From the NCBI RefSeq assembly GCF_009914755.1, contig NC_060942.1: a DNA stretch of 64,000 nucleotides, one strand, 5' to 3'. The notes under the pieces were generated by a model that did not search any database, was not told the origin of the DNA, and saw only the letters and a program-made list of their open reading frames with translations. The stretch comes from the human T2T-CHM13v2.0 reference genome, Homo sapiens. This document shows positions 13,295-26,043 of this stretch, one piece after another (position 1 is the stretch's first letter; each line of letters begins with the position of its first letter). Both the position numbers and the translations under genes were made by a program.

Positions 13295-13490
13295 AACAGT
13301 GTTTCAAAAGGCACAGGGACCATCTGCATCAGAATCCCTGGGGTTAGGAGAGGGCATTTGCTAAAATGCAGGTTCTTTGGCTCCACCCCAGACCTGCAGA
13401 ATCAGAGTATCAGGCAGCAAGTCCTAGGAATCTGCATTTTCACCACCTTCTTGGGTGATTCTGACACTCGATGCATTTGAGGGCACCTGG
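13295..13490. mobile_element. MER5-type hAT-Charlie MITE
   Basis: ctgcatcagaatccctggg...taaaatgcaggttc...ccccagacct...aatctgcatttt...ggtgattctga. Confidence 0.8.
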
Positions 13491-13836
13491 GATTAATGGC
13501 AAAGGCAATCCTCAGAGCACCTCTCTCCAGATCCCAGTCCTTACCCCATCCCCATCCTAGGACTCAGCATCCATGCCACTGTATGCTCGGCCATCACAGG
13601 CCACACACTGACATCATGGTGTCCTGAGCTGTTAGTCAACATTCCCTGTATGGGGTCCTGGCTCCATAACTGGATGATAAACTCCCACACCTTAGACCCC
13701 TTTGCCCTCCCATCTGGCGTGTACTCAGACTGGAGTCCAGCTCGGGGCTGGTTTGGGCAGTAACAGCAAACCTCTGCACAGCTGTCACCACATGCTGGGC
13801 ACTTTAGTAACTCACATAAGGCTGAAAACCCTATGA

Positions 13837-14251
<415 letters not shown>

Positions 14252-17200
14252 TGAACCCAGGTGTGTGGGGCTTTTGGCTGGGCCCCCCCACTACCCCACC
14301 CCACACAGCCATGGACCCTTGGTAGGCACTGACAGGGAAGGAGCTATCTTTTCCCAAGTTGACCTAACTTAGCCATCTTTCTGGGATGATTTAGGGTTGG
14401 GTCCCACTGAGACAGTGGCCAGACCCAAGTGGTCAATGGGAGAGGGGTTGAGGGTGTGGATGTTGGCAGCAGGGCAGGTCTGAAGCCCACCTCTGCTGTT
14501 TGCTGTTTACTGGCTGCATGGCCTTGGGCAGGCTGTCTACCTTTCTTGAGTCCCTGTAAACTGGGGTCCCTGCCACCTTGAAGAGGAGCTGGGGAGATTC
14601 ATTAGACACTACATCAAAGGCCCCCAGCACAGCTCCTGGCCCTCAGTGGCCGCACGATAAATAATGGCCATGAAACCTTGCCAAAGTCACAGCGTTTCAA
14701 GAGAGCCGAGGCTTTGGGGATTTTAGGTTTAGGGTGATTTCTTTTTTTCTCTCCTGTTACGGGTCAGCTGCTATGAATCAGCAAGACACAAAGGATTTAG
14801 AGGAAGCATGGGCTGTGGAGTCACATGTTCAAAAACAAACGCCAAACCACACACCTTCTCTGTTGAGATTACTGAGTGCAGCCAAGCCACTCGCGTGAGC
14901 CGACTCAGCTGCAGAAAGTCATTTTCTTTACAAACAGCAGCTGCTTCACAGTTAGAACCAGGGTGGTCCAGGCCCCCACTTCCTGACGCTCTTCTGGCTG
15001 CTCTTCTTCTGGGAGCCTCTCCTCATGGCTCAGCCAGAAGACATCCAGGCCACGGCCTGGGCAGGAGGCCCGAGGAGCAGGCTCTGCTCCACCACCGTGT
15101 GTGCACCAGAGGCTCTGTGAGCAGACGCCTGTGCCAACGCAGGCCCGCCAGTCGTGGTCCCTTCCCTAGCCCAGAACAGCCCCTTGGTGAGAGAAAAGTG
15201 GGAAGCATTTGTCCCAGAAAGGCCCCTTCTACTTTCCATGTCCTCCCCTTCATGCAGGAGACCCCCATACTCGACACCCAGTGCCCAGCAGCCCCTAATC
15301 TCCCAGGGGCTCCCCACATAGCCTCCCTGGTCCTCCTCCATCTCCCCCCATATCTGCTTTTAGGAAGCTAGAGATGCCAGGGAACGTGGGGCAGGGGGAA
15401 GAACACTGGTCTGGGAGCTCCAACCACCCGAGTGACCTTGGACAAGGCCTCAGGTGGTCCTCAAGCCTGTGATAGGCAGATATCACAACCACAACCACTG
15501 TCATCTTCAGAACCCCTTGTGCCAGGCCTGTGACAAACAGTTCATTTACTCTTCAGCACAGCCTTGCAAGTGAGGCTCCTGGCCTCTGCAATGGGGATTT
15601 GGTGACTGCCGGGGCATCCAGCCTAAATGGGAAGCAGAGGCTTCTGAGTGTGCATCCACCTCTCCCGCACCCTCCTGCAGTGGGCAGGGAGCCTGGGCAA
15701 AGCCTGGTGTGGAGAGCTATTTACTTCGCTAGTTCTGAACTGCCGCAGAAAAACAAACCCAAATGGCAAGACAAATAGCAGCGGTCACCCAAAGATGCAG
15801 GGGTGCTTATTCGGGACACAGGCAAAGGTCAGGACCGGAGGACATGGGCTGGTGTCACAGCCCAGGAGGAAATGGGAGGGTTTAATGAGCCAGGGCACTT
15901 CTCTCCCAGTGGCTGTTGTGAGCAGTTTGCTTGAACTGAGGAAGTCCTATCTGGGGCGGGAAGGGGAGGAGTGAAGGGAGCAGGGATCACTATGGAGGCT
16001 GGGCAGGGGGTGGGGGCACCAGCAGAGACAGGCTACATCGGGACTCTGAAGAGCAGCACTCTGGGGTGGGCACAGGCCCCACAGCAGGGTCAGCCTGTGG
16101 CCCTGCCTCTCCATCAGCTCAGGTAAGCAGGGCCACACCCACGCCACAGTCAGCCTGCGGCAGAGGCATGGGTTAAAGGGGAAGCCAGATAACCCTGAAG
16201 CAGATAGAGACCAGCTGGCCTTTCACTCACTACTCACACCTCACCCCTTCCCGGGAACCTTCAGGGTCTGGTTTGTGCTGACAGTTGGAATTTCTGCTTC
16301 CTCTCCCTCCTCTGCTCTCTGATCTCCACCCCATTCTTGCCCTTTCTCTGCTGATAACCTATCTTGACAACTTGCAAGCCCAGAGAAAGATTTGCAGGGA
16401 GCAAACCAAGGGGCAGGAGGGGAAGGGCTGAGCTGCAATGAGCCTCAGCTCCACCCACATACCTACAGGTGAGGTCGACAGCCAATGGGAGTGTCTCTCC
16501 TTGCCCTCAAAATGCCCTCTCCTGGCCCTCCAGGTGTCACAATGCCGGAAGTGCCACCCCCGGAGCCACACTCCTGGAGCACCCTGTTAGCATGCCCAGG
16601 TGCCCTCAAGGAGGGTAGCCCCTCCCAGATTGTTGGGCTCCTCATACTGGCCACTTGTCAGCTGGTAATGTCAGCCATGTGGTGGTGGCAGGGGCACAAA
16701 AGATGCCTGAGGGACTCCAGCTCTGAGGGCCACAATGCTGTCCCTCCTGGAGGCGTGGTCTTCCTATGGTGACTGCCCACTTGGTTCCATCCTTCCCTTA
16801 CCCCCTCAAAATCCGTGTCACATAAAGCCCACCCCAGCAGACCTAATTCTTGTTAAAGTGCCATTCTGTAAGGGCACCCCCTCTGGCCATTATTCCACCA
16901 CGACTACCACGGGACTCACTTTCCTGTCTGTGACACCCTGGAGAGGGTCTTTAATTCCAGGCATTAGTAAAACATCCACAGAGAGCAAGTGACCCGTGCT
17001 CCGCCATGAAACCGACAAGCAGCTCAGCTTTCTCTCTAGTTAACAGAAGCGTGACTACGCCCACAGAAGATCTACACAGAGGTTCCCGTGCAAATTCCTG
17101 CTTTGCTTTTTTCCTTACCAAGGAACTGGTGGAGATTTTGGTCAGCTGTGGCAAAACCAAGGTTTCTGTTTCTGACCCTATCCAATTGCAGCTTCTGCTG

Positions 17201-17509
17201 GTGTAGGCTCCCCAGCTCTGTTTCTGTCTCCCTGGAGCTCTCTGCCTACCCTGGCAACACAGGTGTGGGGCTTTGGGAGAGTAGGTTCGGCATCAGTCAA
17301 CTGCTCCCTAGTGGGATCATGATTGCAATGATGTGAGAGCTAATGCCCGATGCTGCAGCCCCAATCCTTCCTCCTTTAGATTGGTCACTGCAAGGAGGCA
17401 TGAAGGGAGCTATGGGGGGAATTTCGCTATGAAAGACCATCAAGGCATGGATGCTACTTTCAAGTCAGTTTTCTGAATACCTAAAAGTCCTTTGATTTAT
17501 TTTAGCTAG

Positions 17510-17843
<334 letters not shown>

Positions 17844-18600
17844 AGCTAGACATTTTTCTAAAATGCTTTATGTGCTTTCTTGTCATTTTTATCCAAGTAT
17901 CATTTTCAGACATAGATTTTTAGAATTTAATGTCACCTTAGTAAACATCTAGAGTTATCAACTCATGGATGAGACTACTGACGCCAGAGAGCTATGGCAA
18001 CTTGCCCAATGTCCCAAAGTCAGCATCAGAGCTAGGGCTGGAGCCCCGGACAGACCCCTGACACCCACTCTGAGGGGCATGCCACCAAAGCAGAATGCCT
18101 CTTGCGGCAGTGAACCCCTCCATGGTGCCTCGGGCCGTCTCTGTGTCCACCTGCTACACTCGCCTGCTGCAGTGTTGTGATGGCTCAAAGCCTTCTGGGT
18201 TCACTCCTTCTCCAAATAGTCTCTTTGACACTGTACATTTATCATTTCTGCCTAAGCTGTCTTTCCACTATTTTTTACTAAAATTTGCCTCCCTCATTGA
18301 ATGTCAACTCTCATTTCTTGCTGCTTTCCAAGAGTCTACAAACAGAAACCACATTCTAGCTTTTCAATTTTCATGTCCCTGGGCTGGGAAACTAACCAAA
18401 TAAGTGTGTTAGAATTGTGCATAAATTAAAAAACAAATAGTGGCTGAGCAATGGCCAGACTGTCAACCTAACGAGGAGGCTATTAATTGCCACTGCAACT
18501 GTATCCCCAGCACCCAGCAGAGTCTCTAGCACATGGTAAACTCTCAATAAATACCTATTGAGTGAATACATGAATGAATAAATGAAGAAATTCCAGGTGA

Positions 18601-18978
<378 letters not shown>

Positions 18979-19207
18979 CCAACATCTTAACCCCCTGTGG
19001 CATCACCCTGAGCACTTTCCCACCACCCTCTGTTCACACTCCCTGTGCAGGACTAGTGAGGGAAGGGAACTAACACATATGGAGCATTTGCTGTGTGTGA
19101 GGCACTGTGTTCAGTGCTCTACATACGTGGTTTCATTCAATCCTCAATCCTATGTGGAAGGTACTATGTTCGCCATTTTGCAGCAGAGGACCCTGAGACC
19201 CGGGATA

Positions 19208-19468
19208 TTATATAACTTGCCCAAAGATCACCCAGTAAGTGAAGGAGCCTAGGACGTGCCAGGCACAGATTGGGTGCTTGATAAAAGTCTGATGTTATAT
19301 AACTTGCCCAAAGATCACCCAGTAAGTGAAGGAGCCTAGGACGTGCCAGGCACAGATTGGGTGCTTGATAAAAGTCTGATGTTATATAACTTGCCCAAAG
19401 ATCACCCAGTAAGTGAAGGAGCCTAGGACGTGCCAGGCACAGATTGGGTGCTTGATAAAAGTCTGATG
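19208..19468. repeat. Tandem repeat, 3 identical 87-bp units
   Basis: Unit ttatataacttgcccaaag...ataaaagtctgatg starts at 19208, 19295, 19382; appears as a 29-aa repeat in ORF 19164-19535. Confidence 0.97.
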
Positions 19469-20225
19469 AAGAATGGCCAGAGGTGGAATTGCCACCTAGG
19501 TCCAGCTGTGCCAAAGCTAGCATGCTTCCCGCCATACCCTATGGCCCACCATTGAGGGAGGGTATTTTGGACAACAGGAAGAATGTGGGTCTCCTGATGA
19601 CCCCTGAAGGTTGACAGAGATAAAGCAGAGAGATTAGAGACCCTACAGTAAGGGGCCATGATTCCAGTTCAGGAATCCTCCCTCCCCTGTCTTAGCAGAC
19701 AGGCATAAGCTGCCAGAGGGAATTGTAAATGTCACAGGATGCTGGGGAGCTTGTATTCTAGCCAAAGCAAGCGCATTTTTTTCCCTGGGCAAATCCTGCT
19801 GAGTCTTTCCCACCCTCACCCTGAGTCCTCTGGGCAGCCTTATCCAAAGGTCTCTGTGTAAGCGGGAGTCCAAGTGCCCGCTTCTTTGAATCCCATTCAG
19901 CAGGTAAACAGGAAGCACAAATCTCTTCCTAATGGCAGCCAAGATCGTAACCCTTGGTGAAAGACCCTCTGTGTTCCCATTCTGCTCCTAGAGCAAAGCC
20001 CACCCAGGGAGGGAGGGGCCCAGACCTGCCATTTGCAGCACACTTCAGGACATTTTCAAAATTGGCTCTTGTCCTTGGGCACTGGAGCATACAGGTAAAG
20101 GTAAAAATCCTTTGAACAAAGGAGGCAAAACTACCCAGGGTTAAGCCTTGGCTCTGTGACTTCACCAAGTTGCTGTGGTTCTGCAAACCCCAGTTTCCCC
20201 TTCTCTAAGAGGGAGCTAATGATAG

Positions 20226-20576
<351 letters not shown>

Positions 20577-21939
20577 TGAGATGAGGATATCATTGAGAAT
20601 TATATCCTGACGTACAGATTTAATGCAAACCAAGCAAATTCTCAAAAAGAGTTTACTGCTGTCATTATTGTTGCTGTTGCTGTTAGTTCATAAACTAAAA
20701 TTTCTATAAAAGGGCAAAGACCAAGGTATAGATATATAGGACCGAATATGAGGGAAAAGGTGGGGAACCATCCAGATTCATTAGAGTGCTGTAGTAATGA
20801 AGCACATGACATGCTGTATTGATACAGAGGTGAACAAATTAACCAAGATAAGTAAAGGAAATATGGAAAAAAACCCATGAATCCATGGCAACATGACACA
20901 TGACAGAGTATTGTTTTTAATGAGATGAGGACTCCGCAGAGCACTGTGTGCTCTGGCCTCATTACGCCTTCATGCCTGGCAACCTCTATGCTGATTGATG
21001 TCCACGCCTTGTGGCTTTGCTCTGCTGTTCCCTTTGCCTAGAATGCTACCTCAAGGCTTCGTGCAGTCCCCTCCCTTTCTCAAGGCTCTGCTGAAGTGAC
21101 ATCGCCTCTCTCAAGGGTTCTCCAATCCCTGCCTGCCTAATACACCCCTACTCTAACCACCCCTACCCTCTCCTGTCAGCCTGGACACCCACCCTTCTGT
21201 CCTCACATAGCAAATCAATCCAATGTCAGTGACTGAGAGGCAGGTACCATGCTGGGCAACAGCAACACAAATAGAACCAGATAGATGTGGTCCCTGCCCT
21301 GCCAGAGCTTCTGAGTGTCTGGACAAGACACACAGTTCAAAGGCAATGCTCATATTGAGGAAGTACCTATGCCAGCTCTGAGGCACAGGGGAGGGAGGCC
21401 AGCCCTAGGCTTGGGGCTCAGGGAAGCCCCCTGCTGTAGGAAAGACTCAGTGGAACCCTGAGGATGAAGAGGAGGAGCTGGTGAGTGACATGGCCAGAAG
21501 CCATATTCAGACAGAAGGGATATTGTTCATGCCCATCTTTACGGCATCTGGCAGACTGTAGTGTAATTATGTGCCTACAAATCTGTCTCCTTTTCTAAGC
21601 TGCAAGCCCCAGCAGGCTGATAAGATATCCTGTCCACCTTTGTCACCACAGCTCGTACCCCAGTGCCTGGCATAAAGTGGGGAAGTGTCCAATACATGTT
21701 TGCTGAATTGACGAATGCACGATAGCAAATAATATGTGGGGAATCTGTGCCTGGCTCTGTGATGCCTGCAAGATGCAAGAGGTCAGAGGAGGCTGAGGTC
21801 ACAGAAAGTGAGAAATAGCAGGGAAACTAAGGCTGGGGCTCAACCTCAAGATTGGAGAGATGCTTTCTGCATCTAGAAGTACTGACTGAACCAGCCAATC
21901 CTTCAGACAGGGTTTCTCAAATTTGGAGCAAGGTTCTTT

Positions 21940-22643
21940 GATGATTAACTGAACAAACAAGCTCTTTCTAGAGATAAAATGTTAGGTCCTCCACTCGGGT
22001 TCAAAAATGTAATTACATTTGTCCAGAAAAAAAAAAGGAGATTAGGCTTAAAAGCAGGTTGTATGAAAAAAAGAACTTGTAGTTTTGAGGCAGGAGAATA
22101 GTAGAGGGAAGTGAAGGGGCAGGTGAACACAAAGCAAGAGAAGAAGCAGAAGTTGAGCAGCCAAAACAAAAGGGAGATAAGCAAGTAAGAGACCCCATGG
22201 CCGGCAAGATCCAGACCAGACCAGTAAAGGTAAGCTTCTCAGAGATGGGCATGTGCACTAGAGAGAAAAAGTATACTTAAAATGACCCTGTATGGTAATT
22301 AGCTATTTAAGGTTCATGCATATGGACTGCATCTCATGCATGTACTTAAAATTATGGGATGGAGGCAACGCACAAGCACACAAGGGCCAAAGTAACTAAG
22401 CAGTCTATCAATCAAAAGGCAGATGCTGGCTAGAGATTAGGCAGCTCAGGAAGAGAAGAGAAAAAATAAAAGGCCATGAAATGTAACAAACTGGTGCTGA
22501 TCTCATTTCGTAGAGGTCAGTCACTCTCCCACTCCAAGGGTGTGATACTGTACTTCATACACTCTTGATGCTTTGCTTTGCTATTTCTGTCATGTCCAAT
22601 TGTTTGTGGCACCAAGAACCTGGAACTGAACCATCCAGTAACA
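21940..22643 (+). mobile_element. ERV-type solo LTR, family undetermined, 5' boundary uncertain
   Basis: Typical U5 end gcaccaagaacctggaac...ccatccagtaaCA; R-like ctctcccactcc...tgtacttcatacact. Confidence 0.65.
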
Positions 22644-23124
22644 CTTTTACCTGATGGCAAGCTGGGCATGAAACACAGTGGGATTTTTTCCAGGCACAGC
22701 TCCCACAGCCCAGGGCAGCACTGTGGGACTCACGGCACTGCAGGTCCAGCACACCTAGAGCACACACCTGGAGCCCCCAGGCTCAGGACACTACAATGAA
22801 GGAAGAGGACAGTGAGGATGAGGAAGGCCAGGAAAGGGACTGGGATTTTTCCACCAGAAAAGAGAAGGCTCAATGGGTCCAGGATAGTCATGACAAGACC
22901 CTGCACGGGGCCATCATGAGAAAGCGATGTGCACACACCAGAGAACAATGGCGGTCCTGTGGGCGGCCGGAGATTTTGGTTCTGTGCAGAAGGAACGTCC
23001 CGACCTGTGATTATTCATAGATGGATGGTCCCCATGGAGGATGGTCTGCCAGCGATGGGTTAGGGCTGAGAAGACTCCTGCCCAAGGAGCAAATTGGGCT
23101 AAATTACCTCAAAAAGCAAAGAGC

Positions 23125-23300
23125 ACTGGGCTTGGGGTCAGAAAAGTCATATTTCTCCCATCTTCAACCTGTGTGACTCTGAGCCTTCATTTTCTCACCT
23201 TTAATAATATCTGCCCTGCCTGTCTCCACTGGGTGCTTTGAGGGTCACATGACATGGTATCTATGAAAGCACTGTGTAAACTGCAAAGCCCTTTGGAACT
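23125..23300 (+). mobile_element. MIR
   Basis: tgtgtgactctgagccttcattttctcacctttaa...atgaaagcactgtgtaaactgcaaagc. Confidence 0.7.
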
Positions 23301-23849
23301 ACAAGAGCTGCCGTATTATTTCCTCTAAAGATCCTTTTGTGAACTGCACCCTGGGGCACCGGCTGGGCAGGCTTAGAAGCCTGCCCTTTCTCCTTGGGAG
23401 GCACCACCCCTGGCCTTATCCTCTGAGGCGCGCTCCCCTCTCCCCCAAAGCAGCACACATAGGCAACCACACACACCCTGCAGTTCACCAGCCCTCTGTG
23501 AGCTGGAGGCAGAGCTCTGCTTCCAGACCCTGGCTCAACCACACATCCATGGTTCACAAGGTGGGGAATGGGGAAACTGTTCAGAGGTGCTTGCACAGAG
23601 CAAGGAGGCAGTGAAACAGCCCACCTCTCTGGTCTCTCAGCTCCCTCCCTGCCCAGGCACTAGGGAAGCCAGTCAGGGCACAGTTCACTTGGGTATACCT
23701 GAATTCTAGAGGAATCTCATGCACCAACTCAACGCATTAGCTTCCAAACACACTGCCCCCTCGCAGGGGCTGTTTCCTCTCTGTAAGTGGAAGTGCTGGT
23801 GTCCTCGGAGAAGCCCCAAAGTTCCCAGCCTCTAGTGCACTAGAATGCA

Positions 23850-24060
23850 GGCTGTAGAGTGAGGCGATCCTGAACGCTGGCTTGGCCTCATGCTGGCAGT
23901 GTGACTTCAGTTACTCAACTTCTCTGAGCCTCAGTTTATTCACGTGTAACCCGGGGTTAACTGTGTTTATCTGTAGGCTCATTTGTGAGAACTAAAATAG
24001 ATACTACGGAGAACTTGCTCAACACAGAGGTGCACAGTAAGTGCTTTTATTATTATCACC
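23850..24060 (+). mobile_element. MIR containing SIGLEC15 exon 2
   Basis: gtgtgacttcagttactcaacttctctgagcctcagtttattcacgtgtaa...tttgtgagaactaaaatagata...gcacagtaagtgcttttattattat is collinear with the MIR core and 3' end. Confidence 0.8.
23977..24036 (+). CDS. SIGLEC15: SIGLEC15 coding exon 2 (SFVRTKIDTTENLLNTEVH)
   Basis: Acceptor tttatctgtag|, donor ACA|gtaagt; 60 nt, phase 1-1; joins exons 1 and 3 in frame; too short for the ORF track. Confidence 0.94.
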
Positions 24061-24460
24061 ATCTCGGGGATCTTGGGAGTCTGTTTTAACCACGAGATCC
24101 CAGGGTTTTTCCACAGGGCAGGTTTTGATGGGGAAAAACTAAGGGTAAGAATATGGGGTCAAGGGGCCTGCAGGTGAATTAGGAAACGAAGAGGGGAATA
24201 GTCCCAGGGAAGAGCCGCGGGAACGCAGGCACTCCCAAGTCGAGGGAGTGCAGGCCCTGGGGGTGCAGGCACCAGGAATTGCCCCTCAAGTCACAAGGTG
24301 GGGTTCCGGCTCCCCTGGAAGTGGGGGACGATCCCTGAGTCCTGGGGTTTCCAGGCTAGGGGTTGGGGGAGCGTTTCCTGGGTCGTGGGGTTTCCAGGCC
24401 CCGGGTGCGGGCGCCTCGACCCCAGGGCCCCGAGCCTGACGCAGCCCGCCCCGCCCTCAG

Positions 24461-24844
24461 GCTCGCCAGCGCAGCGCTGGTCCATGCAGGTGCCACCCGA
24501 GGTGAGCGCGGAGGCAGGCGACGCGGCAGTGCTGCCCTGCACCTTCACGCACCCGCACCGCCACTACGACGGGCCGCTGACGGCCATCTGGCGCGCGGGC
24601 GAGCCCTATGCGGGCCCGCAGGTGTTCCGCTGCGCTGCGGCGCGGGGCAGCGAGCTCTGCCAGACGGCGCTGAGCCTGCACGGCCGCTTCCGGCTGCTGG
24701 GCAACCCGCGCCGCAACGACCTCTCGCTGCGCGTCGAGCGCCTCGCCCTGGCTGACGACCGCCGCTACTTCTGCCGCGTCGAGTTCGCCGGCGACGTCCA
24801 TGACCGCTACGAGAGCCGCCACGGCGTCCGGCTGCACGTGACAG
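24461..24844 (+). CDS. SIGLEC15: SIGLEC15 coding exon 3, Ig V-set sialic-acid-binding domain
   Basis: Acceptor ccgccctcag|; SPAQRWSMQVPPEV...YFCRVEF...VRLHVT inside ORF 24298-25005; C64/C142, C95/C104 and essential R143 by my count; 384 nt; GC donor CAG|GCGAGG. Confidence 0.96.
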
Positions 24845-25665
24845 GCGAGGCGGCGTGGGAGCGGGTCCCCGGCCTCCCTTCCCGCCCTCCCGCCTGCCCC
24901 GCCCCAAGGGCTACGTGGGTGCCAGGCGCTGTGCTGAGCCAGGAAGGGCAACGAGACCCAGCCCTCTCCTCTACCCCAGGGATCTCACACCTGGGGGTAG
25001 TTTAGGACCACCTGGGAGCTTGACACAAATGCAGAATCCAGGTCCCAGGAAGGGCTGAGGTGGGCCCGGGAATAGGCATTGCCGTGACTCTCGTAGAGTG
25101 ACTGTCCCCAGTGGCTCTCAGACGAAGAGGCGAGAAAGACAAGTGAATGGCAATCCTAAATATGCCAAGAGGTGCAATGTGGTGTGTGCTACCAGCCCGG
25201 AAAGACACTCGCAGCCCCTCTACCCAGGGGTGCACAGACAGCCCACCAAGTAGTGCCTAGCACTTTGCCAGACCCTGATATACAAAGATGCCTGAACCAG
25301 GGTCCCGTCCCTAGAGCAGTGGCTCTCCACTCTAGCCCCCACCCTGCTCTGCGACAATAATGGCCACTTAGCATTTGCTAGGGAGCCGGGACCTAGTCCA
25401 AGCACCCACAAGCATGAATTTGCCAAATCTTTTCAGCAACCTCTTAAGGCAACTGCTATCATGATCCTCACTTTACACATGGAGAAGCAGAAGCAGAGAT
25501 GATAGAATCTTTCGCCCAAGGCCACATCTGTATTGGGACGGGGGCAGCCTGGCACCCAAGTGCCCATTCCTCCCTTCTGACCAGCCCCCACCCCTCCGGC
25601 TCTGGCGTCCAAAGGGCTAAGGGGAGGGGTGCCCTTGTGACAGTCACCCGCCTTCTCCCCTGCAG

Positions 25666-26043
25666 CCGCGCCGCGGATCGTCAACATCTCGGTGCTGCCC
25701 AGTCCGGCTCACGCCTTCCGCGCGCTCTGCACTGCCGAAGGGGAGCCGCCGCCCGCCCTCGCCTGGTCCGGCCCGGCCCTGGGCAACAGCTTGGCAGCCG
25801 TGCGGAGCCCGCGTGAGGGTCACGGCCACCTAGTGACCGCCGAACTGCCCGCACTGACCCATGACGGCCGCTACACGTGTACGGCCGCCAACAGCCTGGG
25901 CCGCTCCGAGGCCAGCGTCTACCTGTTCCGCTTCCATGGCGCCAGCGGGGCCTCGACGGTCGCCCTCCTGCTCGGCGCTCTCGGCTTCAAGGCGCTGCTG
26001 CTGCTCGGGGTCCTGGCCGCCCGCGCTGCCCGCCGCCGCCCAG
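25666..26043 (+). CDS. SIGLEC15: SIGLEC15 coding exon 4, Ig C2-set domain plus transmembrane helix
   Basis: Acceptor ccttctcccctgcag|; APRIVNISVLP...DGRYTCTAANSLG...VALLLGALGFKALLLLGVLAA-RAARRRP; sequon NIS; intramembrane Lys (DAP12 docking); donor CAG|gtgggt; 378 nt. Confidence 0.96.

Noticed and set aside
14808-15371. 187-aa ORF in SIGLEC15 intron 1 (also 26845-27438, 29527-30009, 32171-32644)
   Set aside because: No recognisable family, biased composition, no supporting exon structure
19208-19468. Direct repeats as a CRISPR-like array, and the 123-aa ORF 19164-19535 as a repeat protein
   Set aside because: Units abut with no unique spacers and there are no cas genes; the ORF stays open only because 87 is divisible by 3
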